Positions 50,693 through 59,699 of a stretch of 64,000 nucleotides of DNA are shown here, piece by piece (position 1 is the stretch's first letter; every line of letters starts with the position of its first letter). The stretch is from Candidatus Uhrbacteria bacterium (GTDB taxonomy: Bacteria > Patescibacteriota > Patescibacteriia > 2-12-FULL-60-25), in assembly GCA_018499965.2 (NCBI GenBank), contig JAHBAS020000017.1, forward strand, positions 10,087-74,086, given 5' to 3'. Below the pieces are notes generated by a model. It had not been told where the DNA came from. It saw nothing but the letters and a program-made list of their open reading frames with translations, and did not search any database. Made by a program: the position numbers and the translations under genes.

Positions 50693-50793
50693 GCTCAACC
50701 TAGCCATTTTTATAAATCATATTGTATACTATACTTGACTTTTTATGCTTTTTCTGCTATGCTTGCGATTATCAGTTTTGGGAGGAATAGTTC

Positions 50794-51162
50794 ATGAACA
50801 CAAACATCGATCGGCTCTTTCTCATCGTTGGCGTACATGTGCTCACCATCTTCGGTGTGAACATCGCATTTCGACTCATCGAACCGCACATCGCCATCAC
50901 CACCCTTCTCATCGCGGCATTCGCTATGTTCGCACTGACGATTGGTACGTCCTGGACTTCGTGGAAATGCCTTTGCATCTTCACGGATTTCGGTGACAGT
51001 CCAGTCGCCACATGGATTCCATGCGCCATTCTCTTGGTAGCGATCCATAGCATGTGCCACAGCTTCGGAATCCAGCATATCGTGCTGAACATTCTCACGA
51101 TCTTGGGCATTCTCGCCTCTCTCTACAAGGCCAATCCGATCCATATTCCATCTCAGGAATAA
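50794..51162 (+). CDS. Small polytopic membrane protein (122 aa)
   Basis: GGGAGG lies 8 nt upstream of the ATG. Four hydrophobic segments. I prefer it to the overlapping 191-aa minus-strand ORF, which has an odd composition. Confidence 0.6.
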   Translation: MNTNIDRLFLIVGVHVLTIFGVNIAFRLIEPHIAITTLLIAAFAMFALTIGTSWTSWKCLCIFTDFGDSPVATWIPCAILLVAIHSMCHSFGIQHIVLNILTILGILASLYKANPIHIPSQE

Positions 51163-51180
51163 CGACCGGCATCGGCTTTG

Positions 51181-51215
51181 AAAACCCTCCCGTGCAGTGC
51201 ATGAGGAGGGTTTTT
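51181..51215. terminator. Bidirectional rho-independent terminator
   Basis: AAAACCCTCC, CGTGCAGTGCATGA, GGAGGGTTTTT. Lies between the membrane-protein gene and the convergent ugd. Confidence 0.8.
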
Positions 51216-51244
51216 CAATACTTAAACGAATAGCTACAAAAACA

Positions 51245-52531
51245 TTACTTTCTCCCCACCCTGATATGCCGGAATCCGTGATGCGCGGCATCTTCCGCTC
51301 GGACCATGTTGCGAGCATCTACGATAAGATCGCCGACCATCGCGCTTTTAATGCGAGCGAGATCCAGTGCTCGGAACTCGTCCCATTCCGTAGCAATAAG
51401 CATCGCATGCGCTTGGTTCGCCGCTTCGTACGGATCTACGACATGAGTGACGCGATCGCCCATCTGCGCACCCGTGAGCCGAGCGATCGGATCGTAAACT
51501 TGCACATGCGCGCCTCGATCACGAAGGAAAGCGATGAGATCGACTGCCGGAGATTCACGCGTATCATCCGTGTTCTGTTTGAAGGCTACGCCGAGCACGC
51601 CGATCTTTTTTCCTTCGAGCGAATCAATCGCTCGTTCTAATCGTTCGATGATACGTTGTCGTGCGCGAACGCTCATCGCCTGTGCCGCACGGATAATCGG
51701 CATGGGATGCTCGTGCTGATCCGCGAGATACACGATCGCACGAACGTCTTTCGGAAAACAACTTCCTCCCCACCCCGGACCCGCACGGAGAAATTCTTTG
51801 CCGATACGCGGATCCGACCCAATTCCCTTGCTCACCGATTCCACATCCGCACCCACTTCTTCAGCTAAATGCGCGATCTCATTGATAAAGCTGATCTTCG
51901 TGGCCAAGAACGCATTCGCCGCGTACTTCGTAAGTTCCGCCGAACGACGATCCATCACGATCTTTGGGCAATCGAGATAGGCGTAGAGATGAACCATCAC
52001 GTCCGTGGCACGCTCAGATGCGGACCCGATGATCACGCGCGCAGGATTCAAAAAGTCGTAGACCGCAAATCCTTCCTTGAGGAATTCCGGATTGGATACT
52101 ACGTCGATCTTGGCACTCGTCATGGATCGAATCATCGTTTCGATACGCTCTGCGGTTCCAACCGGAACCGTGCTTTTATCCGCGACAACGGCACCGTCCT
52201 GGAGATACGGTGCGATTGAGGCTGCTGCCGCATCAAAGTACGACATATCAACCGAACCATCATCCGCGGACGGCGTACCGACGCCAAGCGAAATCACCTC
52301 CGCATCACTCACCCCCTCTGCGACATCCGTGGTAAACGACAATCGTCCGGATCGCGCATTGCGAAGCACAAGCTCCTCAAGGCCGGGCTCGTAAATCGGC
52401 ATCACGCCGTTTTTCAACTTCTCAATCTTTACCGGATCAACATCCACGCAAACCACGTGATGTCCGAGTTCCGCCAGACAAGCCCCAGAGACCAAACCGA
52501 CATATCCTGTTCCGATCACACAAACGCGCAT
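51245..52531 (-). CDS. ugd: UDP-glucose 6-dehydrogenase
   Basis: MRVCVIGTGYVGLVSGACLAELGH (Rossmann fold) and the catalytic-Cys region GWGGSCFPKDV. Confidence 0.92.
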   Translation of the reverse strand: MRVCVIGTGYVGLVSGACLAELGHHVVCVDVDPVKIEKLKNGVMPIYEPGLEELVLRNARSGRLSFTTDVAEGVSDAEVISLGVGTPSADDGSVDMSYFDAAAASIAPYLQDGAVVADKSTVPVGTAERIETMIRSMTSAKIDVVSNPEFLKEGFAVYDFLNPARVIIGSASERATDVMVHLYAYLDCPKIVMDRRSAELTKYAANAFLATKISFINEIAHLAEEVGADVESVSKGIGSDPRIGKEFLRAGPGWGGSCFPKDVRAIVYLADQHEHPMPIIRAAQAMSVRARQRIIERLERAIDSLEGKKIGVLGVAFKQNTDDTRESPAVDLIAFLRDRGAHVQVYDPIARLTGAQMGDRVTHVVDPYEAANQAHAMLIATEWDEFRALDLARIKSAMVGDLIVDARNMVRAEDAAHHGFRHIRVGRK

Positions 52532-52549
52532 AGGGAGAAACGATCTGTA

Positions 52550-52909
52550 TTAAGAATCCTTACGATCAAATAATTCAACGAACCGGATAAATACATCCGG
52601 AGAGATCGCTGAACCGTATGCCGAAGAAACGCCTATGGAAACATCCGACATGAAATGTTTCATGCTTCCTACAAGCATCTTCTGATCTGACTCATCCGCA
52701 TGCGGGAACAGACTCGCCATAACTTGATCGACGACCTCGTCGTGCTCGTCCTTACGCATGCGAGGCAACACGCGTTCTGCGATGCGCTGTGCAATCCCAA
52801 GCGTCGTTTCATTCCACTCCGATCCGGCTTCTTTTAAAAGCTTGAGGTCATCTTCCAATGACTCCGCCGGAGCCACGAAGACGAACTCGGAATCCATGCG
52901 TTCAGCCAT
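52550..52909 (-). CDS. Hypothetical acidic protein (119 aa)
   Basis: ORF tightly packed between leuS (3 nt gap) and ugd (18 nt gap). No family recognised. Confidence 0.5.
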   Translation of the reverse strand: MAERMDSEFVFVAPAESLEDDLKLLKEAGSEWNETTLGIAQRIAERVLPRMRKDEHDEVVDQVMASLFPHADESDQKMLVGSMKHFMSDVSIGVSSAYGSAISPDVFIRFVELFDRKDS

Positions 52910-52912
52910 AAT

Positions 52913-55633
52913 TTACATCGCGATCGTGACGAGTTTTCCCTTCACGTAGATGATTTTCTTTGGCTCTTTGCCTTCGAGATACTTCTGTACGTTCTCCGAA
53001 GCGAGCGCTTTTGCCTTGGCCTCATCCTCCGAAATATCCGAGGGAACCTGGATACGATCTCGAACTTTTCCGTTCACCTGGATCACAAGCTCGAAACTCG
53101 CAGAAACCGTCTTTGTCTCATCATACGTCGGCCAACCAGACATGTGCACGCTCCCGCCTTTTCCAAGCGTATGCCAAAGCTCCTCCGCGAGATGCGGCGC
53201 GAATGGCGCGAGAAGCTTGAGATAACCCTCAACCATTTCTTCCGGAACTCCACCCGCATCAGTAAACGCATTCGTAAGTACCATGAGCTGTGACACGGCC
53301 GTGTTAAACGCAAGTGTTTCAATATCACTGGAAATCTTTTTGACGGACTGGTGATAGATCGTTTCCAATCCAGAATCCGCAATCCGCAATTCGGAATCCG
53401 CAATCTCAAAGAGCCGCCAAACCTTATCCAAAAACCGCTTCACACCTTCGATGCCCTTCACATCCCACGGTGCTGGTTGATCGAATGGTCCGATGAACAT
53501 CATATAGACTCGGAACACATCCGCACCATACTCATTGATCACATCATCCGGATTCACCACGTTTCCTTTGGATTTACTCATTTTCTCACCGCCTTGCGCA
53601 AGGATGAGCCCATGCGACACGCGTGATGCGTACGGTTCTGGTCCAATGCTCTCCGGAAGGAGTTTAAGATCCCACATCATCTTATGCCAGAAACGGGAAT
53701 ATAAGAGGTGAAGCGTCGTATGCTCCATGCCGCCATTGTAGAGATTGACCGGCATCCAATACTTCAGAGCTTCTTCGGATGCGAATGCGCGATCATTGTG
53801 CGGATCGCAGTAACGCATGAAGTACCACGAAGAACCCGCCCAGTTCGGCATAGTGTCCGTTTCACGTTCCGCCTTACCTCCGCAATGCGGACAGGTCGTT
53901 TCGACCCACTCGCGTATCTTCGCAAGCGGAGATTCCCCGTTCTCGGTCGGCTCATAGCTTTCCACATCCGGGAGCAACACCGGGAGCTGCTCTTCTGGAA
54001 CAGGAACGTATCCGCAACTCGGACAAATCACGATCGGAATCGGCTCACCCCAATATCGCTGACGAGAAAAAATCCAATCACGAAGTTTATAATTCGTCGT
54101 TTTTTCTCCACTCTGTTTTTTTTCAAGCCAGGAAGTAATTTCCGCTACCGCATCTTCAGAGTAGCGATCGTTGAATTCCCGTGAATTCATCAACGAACCT
54201 TCATGAGGCCAACAGATTTCACCTAATTCAACTCGCTTGCAGAAGCCATTAAACTCTTCATCAAGTTTTTTCTGCCAATCTTTTTCTTGCTCTGGGTTCT
54301 CAATTGGCGTTCCAAGGGATTCTAATTCTTTTTTAACAAGACTATATTTTGCTTGGAAGATATCTCTTTTTGGCTTTATCACCTCGACGATATTCAACTC
54401 GTACTTCTTCGCAAACGCGAAATCACGCTCGTCATGCGCCGGAACGGCCATGACCGCGCCCGTGCCATAACCTGCGAGAACGTAGTCCGCGATAAAGACA
54501 GGGACTTCTTCACCGTTTGCAGGATTGATCGCGCTAACGCCTTCGAGTTTTACGCCGGTCTTTTCCTTCCCCTCTGCCGTACGATCCATATCCGCCTTCT
54601 TCGCAGACGCCTGCTGATACGCGCGAACCTCATCGATATTCAAAATCACGCCATCCGCAATCCACTTCGAGACAAACTCGTGCTCCGGAGCTAACACGAC
54701 GTACGTGACGCCGAAAAGCGTATCTGGACGCGTAGTGAAGACGCGAACCGCATCTCCTCCGTCGACCGTTAGCCGTTGACCGTAAGCCACCTTAAAATCA
54801 ATAAACGCACCCTCGCTCTTCCCGATCCAATCAATCTGTTGTTTCTTAATTCGTTCGAGATAATTCACGGTCGAAAGATCGTGGATGAGCCGTTCCGCGT
54901 ATTTCGTGATCCCGATCATCCACTGCGCTTTCTCACGTTTCTCAACAACGGATCCGCAACGCTCGCATACGCCACCGATCGCCTCTTCATTCGCAAGACC
55001 GATCTTACACGAAGGGCACCAGTTGATGGTGGTCGTGGTCTTGTAGGCCATGCGAGCAGAGGGTAGTGGGTAGTGGGTAGTGGGTAGCGTATCTCCACTC
55101 CCCTCTCCCCTCTCCCCTCTCCCCTTCACCGGTGCTTCTCGATCTTCCACAAATCTCGCACGCCCCGTTGACTCATCAAAATAGCTCTTGAAAAACTGGA
55201 GGAACATCCACTGCGTCCACTTGTAGTACGCTGGATCCGTAGTATTCACTTCACGCCCCCAGTCGAATCCAAAACCGATCATCTTGAGCTGACGTCGAAA
55301 ATTGTTCACGTTCGCAGTCGTAGCATCTTGCGGTTTAACGTGATTTTTAATGGCGTAGTTTTCCGTTGGCAAACCGAACGCATCCCACCCCATCGGAAAC
55401 AGCACATTCTTCCCTTCCATGCGCTTCTTGCGCGTCACTACATCGATCGCCACATAGGATCGCGGATGCCCCACATGCAATCCAGCCCCGGACGGGAATG
55501 GGAACTCCACGAGGCCGTAAAACTTCTCCTTGGCTTCAATGGTTCCAGGCTGAGCGGCATGATAGAGTCCTTGCTCGTCCCAAGCTTTCTGCCATTTGGA
55601 CTCATAATCACCGAATATTCGCGGGGTGGACAT
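52913..55633 (-). CDS. leuS: Leucine--tRNA ligase
   Basis: HVGH motif (PFPSGAGLHVGHPRSY), the NWCPSCKIGLANEE zinc region, and KMSKS (EKMSKSKGN). The start is set at MSTPRIFGDYESKWQ. Confidence 0.96.
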   Translation of the reverse strand: MSTPRIFGDYESKWQKAWDEQGLYHAAQPGTIEAKEKFYGLVEFPFPSGAGLHVGHPRSYVAIDVVTRKKRMEGKNVLFPMGWDAFGLPTENYAIKNHVKPQDATTANVNNFRRQLKMIGFGFDWGREVNTTDPAYYKWTQWMFLQFFKSYFDESTGRARFVEDREAPVKGRGERGEGSGDTLPTTHYPLPSARMAYKTTTTINWCPSCKIGLANEEAIGGVCERCGSVVEKREKAQWMIGITKYAERLIHDLSTVNYLERIKKQQIDWIGKSEGAFIDFKVAYGQRLTVDGGDAVRVFTTRPDTLFGVTYVVLAPEHEFVSKWIADGVILNIDEVRAYQQASAKKADMDRTAEGKEKTGVKLEGVSAINPANGEEVPVFIADYVLAGYGTGAVMAVPAHDERDFAFAKKYELNIVEVIKPKRDIFQAKYSLVKKELESLGTPIENPEQEKDWQKKLDEEFNGFCKRVELGEICWPHEGSLMNSREFNDRYSEDAVAEITSWLEKKQSGEKTTNYKLRDWIFSRQRYWGEPIPIVICPSCGYVPVPEEQLPVLLPDVESYEPTENGESPLAKIREWVETTCPHCGGKAERETDTMPNWAGSSWYFMRYCDPHNDRAFASEEALKYWMPVNLYNGGMEHTTLHLLYSRFWHKMMWDLKLLPESIGPEPYASRVSHGLILAQGGEKMSKSKGNVVNPDDVINEYGADVFRVYMMFIGPFDQPAPWDVKGIEGVKRFLDKVWRLFEIADSELRIADSGLETIYHQSVKKISSDIETLAFNTAVSQLMVLTNAFTDAGGVPEEMVEGYLKLLAPFAPHLAEELWHTLGKGGSVHMSGWPTYDETKTVSASFELVIQVNGKVRDRIQVPSDISEDEAKAKALASENVQKYLEGKEPKKIIYVKGKLVTIAM
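55061..55125. repeat. Two adjacent heptanucleotide tandem repeats inside leuS
   Basis: On the plus strand, (GGGTAGT) x3.9 lies at 55061..55087 and (CTCCCCT) x4 at 55098..55125. They encode ...GRGERGEGSGDTLPTTHYPLP.... Confidence 0.9.
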
Positions 55634-55740
55634 AGGTAGCCGTAGCTTAGCAACGCTCAATAAAAGGCGCAATAATGCGAAATAACGAAACGCTACACCC
55701 ATTGTCCGAATCCCCTTCTTAGGCTAACCTAATCTTGCAT

Positions 55741-56229
55741 ATGATTCGCTGCAAAAACCAATTGGGAAACATGGTGGAAATCCCAAAAGAAAAGTTCATC
55801 TTTCGTCCGAACGCCTACGGACTCATCGTAAAAGACGGGAACGTCTTAGTCATGAAAAATAAGCACAGCGGCAAATACTGGTTTCCAGGAGGGGGCGTGC
55901 ATGCTCACGAGACACTTCAAGAAGGCCTCGTACGTGAAGTTCTTGAGGAAACAAGTATCGAGATTACTATCATAAATCAACTCTTTTCAACGGAAACATT
56001 TTTCTATTACGAGCCAGAAGATACTGCATACCGTTTCTCTCTTTCTTTTTTTCACTGCATACCAACATCATCTTTTGACCCCCATCCCGGGTCCGAACCG
56101 GATCCAGATCTTCTTGCATGCGAATGGATCTCGATCAACACGCTTGAACCAGAACAAATCAACGACCTAAGCCAATCAGGGGAACTAGGGGAAAAGATTT
56201 GCGAACATCTCAAAAAACTTTCGTCATAA
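55741..56229 (+). CDS. NUDIX hydrolase
   Basis: Nudix box GGGVHAHETLQEGLVREVLEETSI. The ATG at 55741 is preferred to the TTG at 55735. Confidence 0.88.
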   Translation: MIRCKNQLGNMVEIPKEKFIFRPNAYGLIVKDGNVLVMKNKHSGKYWFPGGGVHAHETLQEGLVREVLEETSIEITIINQLFSTETFFYYEPEDTAYRFSLSFFHCIPTSSFDPHPGSEPDPDLLACEWISINTLEPEQINDLSQSGELGEKICEHLKKLSS

Positions 56230-56236
56230 TCAAAAT

Positions 56237-56268
56237 ACAAAATAGACCCTTTAACGGGTCTATTTTGT
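56237..56268. terminator. Bidirectional rho-independent terminator
   Basis: ACAAAATAGACCC, TTTAAC, GGGTCTATTTTGT. A perfect 13-bp stem. Confidence 0.8.
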
Positions 56269-56280
56269 ATAATACGTCCG

Positions 56281-57051
56281 TTATTCCATCGTAAACGTAG
56301 CGCGGACGACCGCTGTCACCTTTTTATCAATCGACGACGTATCATACGCGCCGTAATCAGAGATATCTGTGGAGTTCACAGCCGTAATCTGGAACACGCC
56401 CATGTCTGCCGTGCGAATGCTTCCGAGCTTTGCACCGGTTCCGCTCACGATGCGCTCCGCGCGCTCCTTGGCGTTCTTCGTGGCCTCTGAAAGCATATCG
56501 AGCTTAATGCCCTGCAAGCTGGCGTAGAAATATTCAAGCGACTTCGTGGTCAAAACGATATCCTGCTGCAAAAGGCGCGCAGGCAATTCCTGAGCGATCT
56601 TCGTTAATGCCTGAACGTCTTTCGATTCCACGATCACGACCTGCTGAACCGCGTATCCGATAATTTTACTGCACACCTGATTCCCCATGGCGTCATATGT
56701 CATCGCGGATTGGGATTCGCAGGCTTGCGTGACCGTAAGCGGCTGGATCACGATTCCTTTTTCTTCAACCCCGCTCTTCTGTAACTCCGATTTCACCGAA
56801 GCCACGTCTGCGGCTAAACGCGTACTTCCGTCTTTCAGCGAAACGGCATCAACGTTACGCACAACGGAGAGCGTCCACTTGGCGGTATCGGAGGTGATCA
56901 CGCGTTCCGCCGAACCAGTCACAGAAAGCTGCTGACTCGTCATGGCCTTTGCTTTTAATGCCGCCGTTGCACCGATCACCGTAGACCCGACCGCGCCAAC
57001 AGCGAGAACGATCGATGCGATAATCAATGCGAGAGATGGAAATTTATTCAT
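56281..57051 (-). CDS. SIMPL/DUF541-family secreted protein
   Basis: N-terminal signal/anchor, then LSVTGSAERVITSDTAKWTLSVV... and the C-terminal VTAVVRATFTME. These are typical of the 26-kDa periplasmic SIMPL family. Confidence 0.75.
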   Translation of the reverse strand: MNKFPSLALIIASIVLAVGAVGSTVIGATAALKAKAMTSQQLSVTGSAERVITSDTAKWTLSVVRNVDAVSLKDGSTRLAADVASVKSELQKSGVEEKGIVIQPLTVTQACESQSAMTYDAMGNQVCSKIIGYAVQQVVIVESKDVQALTKIAQELPARLLQQDIVLTTKSLEYFYASLQGIKLDMLSEATKNAKERAERIVSGTGAKLGSIRTADMGVFQITAVNSTDISDYGAYDTSSIDKKVTAVVRATFTME

Positions 57052-57236
57052 ACTATAAAAAGTGTAGCGCGAGTTAAGAAGAAGGACAATGCTAAAAAGA
57101 CGTTTTCATAACAAAAGACGAACAACCCTCCCCTAAGGATCATTCGTCTTCTTCGAGCATAAGTTCCTAACACGCGTTAGGAACAAAGAGAAAGAACAAT
57201 TCCGCAATGCGGAATAAGATTAAGATTTGGCGTATC

Positions 57237-58073
57237 TCACCACCATGGGAACCATGACCACCACCAGTGTCCGGTATGGCCCGTGCCTGTACAGCCGCCA
57301 TGTCCACCGGAACCGGAAGCGCCCGCAATCGAAGAAGACCCACCTTGCGTGGAATCCTCTCCACCAACACCAGCGTCGCTACCTGCAACTCCGGTATTCC
57401 CAGCAACAGACGACGTGTCCGTTATTGAACCGCCAGAGGCAGACTGACCACCAATCGACGAGGTTCCGCCGACATCCGCGCTGGAACCCCCAGACCCATT
57501 TCCTGAGCCGGAAGAACCGTTTGAGCCGCCAACGCCAGCATTACTCCCGCCGACGGAAGAAGATCCAGCGATCGCTGAAGCTCCACCAACCGATGACGTA
57601 TCGCTCGTCGAGCCGCCTAATGCAGCCTGACCGCCGGTAGCTGCGGAAGATCCGCCAGTACCAACATCGCTTCCGCCAACCGACGACGAAGTGCCACCAG
57701 AGGAGGAAGAACTTCCACCGGATTGCGCTTGCGAACCGCCGGAAGCATCAACCGAAGAGCCTCCGACACCAGCGCTAACTCCACCAGCAGCAATGGAAGA
57801 AGTTCCGCCAGTACTAGTACCGACATCGCTTCCACCTACTGTTGAAGCAGTTCCGCCAACAGTCGAATCAGAACCACCTTGCGGCAACCCTGTATCCGTC
57901 GCGTCATCTCCACCTTGGCCGGTAACACTTCCACCAGTTCCTTTGACGGTTTTGCCGCCCACAGAACTTTCATCCGCCTGATCTGCGCCAGCATCATCAG
58001 CGGAGCATGCGGTATTCAATCCCGCAGAACAGAGCAATGCCGCAACAACCCAAAATACCCTTGCGCTTCTCAT
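57237..58073 (-). CDS. Gly/Ser/Thr-rich repetitive lipoprotein with a Trp-rich C-terminal tail
   Basis: Signal peptide plus lipobox (VVAALLCSAGLNTAC). About 230 aa of degenerate GGS/GGT repeats. Ends in HGGCTGTGHTGHWWWSWFPWW. Confidence 0.65.
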   Translation of the reverse strand: MRSARVFWVVAALLCSAGLNTACSADDAGADQADESSVGGKTVKGTGGSVTGQGGDDATDTGLPQGGSDSTVGGTASTVGGSDVGTSTGGTSSIAAGGVSAGVGGSSVDASGGSQAQSGGSSSSSGGTSSSVGGSDVGTGGSSAATGGQAALGGSTSDTSSVGGASAIAGSSSVGGSNAGVGGSNGSSGSGNGSGGSSADVGGTSSIGGQSASGGSITDTSSVAGNTGVAGSDAGVGGEDSTQGGSSSIAGASGSGGHGGCTGTGHTGHWWWSWFPWW

Positions 58074-58268
58074 GACACACAATCTCCATCTTAGATATTG
58101 TCGAATCCTCAACCATCACGTGATGATAAGGAGTAAAGATTACACCACAAAACAGAGGCATGGACAAGTGTATAGGCGGAAGAAAACGCATTTATACGAC
58201 GATGTAGCGAAAAATAATTTCCTCATCTCATGCGGATGTTCCATGCCAAGCCCCGGCGAAATCCAAAA

Positions 58269-58556
58269 TCAGGCAAAAGCCCCCTCGCACTTCTCTTCCA
58301 AAGTCCACGTGAGACTACTGGATCGGAAAGAAATGCGATACGCGGAAGCGGCATTCGAAACTGAAAAGTAGTAAATCCGTTCGCGACCGTCATGTTCCGT
58401 ATGCATGAGATCCACTTTTTGAACCTGATAGTATCGATTCCCCCATTTAAACGTCATAGGTTCAGCGATCCCTCGACGGAACACGGCAAAAACATCGATA
58501 GGCTGGCGAACAGGTTCGTATAACATAGAAGAGAAGAACTTAGCGATAGAGAACAT
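58269..58556 (-). CDS. Hypothetical small beta-rich protein (95 aa) downstream of lexA
   Basis: Intact ORF on the lexA strand. Contains the segment PMTFKWGNRYYQVQKVDLMHTEHDGRERIYYFSV. No SD. Family not identified with confidence. Confidence 0.45.
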   Translation of the reverse strand: MFSIAKFFSSMLYEPVRQPIDVFAVFRRGIAEPMTFKWGNRYYQVQKVDLMHTEHDGRERIYYFSVSNAASAYRISFRSSSLTWTLEEKCEGAFA

Positions 58557-58785
58557 AGTGATTTATATTGATATGGATATTGCGATTGACGAACACATGG
58601 GAAGGGTGTCGACGCTCTTTACGGGTACCCGCCCAAAAGAGCGTCGCTCATGCTTGCACCCCTTCCATGTGATCACAAATCGCGTTAGACGCGACACTGA
58701 GAAAGTACGGAAGATCGAAGGAACATTTTGCGCGCACAAAACCAACCCTTTGATGAGGTAAACCGATATCTGGAAGAAGTTGGCT

Positions 58786-59406
58786 TTAAATCGCGCGCGG
58801 ACGGAATGTGCGTATCACTGCTCGCACCACCCCCTGAATCAGAGGATCGAATGCGTAGATCGGTTTCATCGTGGCATTGGCCGGCTGCAAACGAATGCGA
58901 TCTTTTTCTCGATAGAACCGCTTGAGCGTGGCATGCGTATTATCCAAAAGCGCCACGACCACATCCCCATTTTTCGGCGAAGGGTTCCGTTCAACCACTA
59001 CATAATCCCCGTCGAAAATACCGTCATCGATCATCGATTCCCCTTTCACGCGCAAAACGTATGAATTTGCGGAATCCGGGGCAAGATCAACCGGAATCGC
59101 CATGGTTTCATGTTCTTGAATCGCCTCGATCGGCTCACCAGCAGTAATCAACCCCATAAGCGGCAAGATCACACTCCTCCCCCATCGTACTGCCTTATCC
59201 GTTGGCTCAAGTTCACGTGAGGTCCCGCCATTTGCGCGCAAATATCCGCGCTCACGCAATGACTGAATATGAACATGCACCGTCGACGGCGAAGCGAGCT
59301 TTAAACCGTCCGCAATCTCACGATACGAAGGTGGATATCCTTCTTCGTTAATGAACTGGACGATGAAATCCAGTACTTCTTTTTGTTTGGGTGTGAGGGA
59401 AGACAT
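58786..59406 (-). CDS. lexA: SOS repressor LexA
   Basis: Winged-HTH domain (LTPKQKEVLDFIVQFINEEGYPPSYREIADGLKLASPSTVHVHIQSLRERGYL). An AG cleavage site lies in LITAGEP. The S24 peptidase Ser region is VKGESMIDDGIFDGDYVVV and the catalytic Lys region is ATLKRF. Confidence 0.93.
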   Translation of the reverse strand: MSSLTPKQKEVLDFIVQFINEEGYPPSYREIADGLKLASPSTVHVHIQSLRERGYLRANGGTSRELEPTDKAVRWGRSVILPLMGLITAGEPIEAIQEHETMAIPVDLAPDSANSYVLRVKGESMIDDGIFDGDYVVVERNPSPKNGDVVVALLDNTHATLKRFYREKDRIRLQPANATMKPIYAFDPLIQGVVRAVIRTFRPRAI

Positions 59407-59535
59407 AGAGAAGACGAATTAATGGGTTTGAAAGCTATAACGTGTAAACGCTGTTATCTATAAGTCTATCGACACCTCCTCATAGAAACTTTTCAACATC
59501 CCAACGTTCAAACTTTCTAAACTCATTCGTGCATA

Positions 59536-59561
59536 GAACAAAAATAGAACACAAACAGAAC
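59536..59561 (-). promoter_or_regulatory. Putative tandem LexA operators: three GAAC tetrads spaced N7
   Basis: The plus strand reads GAACAAAAATAGAACACAAACAGAAC. It sits between a TTGACG -35 (reverse complement of 59564..59569) and a TATTTT -10 (reverse complement of 59541..59546) for minus-strand transcription of lexA. Confidence 0.55.
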
Positions 59562-59699
59562 GCCGTCAAGGGCTTTTAGTGAAGCGGAAAAAATGACTTA
59601 TCCACGGGCGGTTTGCAGGGATAAATAAATCATGAGACTAAATAGAAGCAAGAAGCGGATTTTTCATTCCCTCGCTTCCCTATTTCTTCCTATCACCCT

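Noticed and set aside
50743-51318. 191-aa minus-strand ORF overlapping the 122-aa plus-strand membrane-protein ORF.
   Set aside because: The plus-strand ORF has a GGGAGG RBS, four clean TM segments and its own terminator. The minus ORF spans that terminator and the ugd stop region and has an odd composition.
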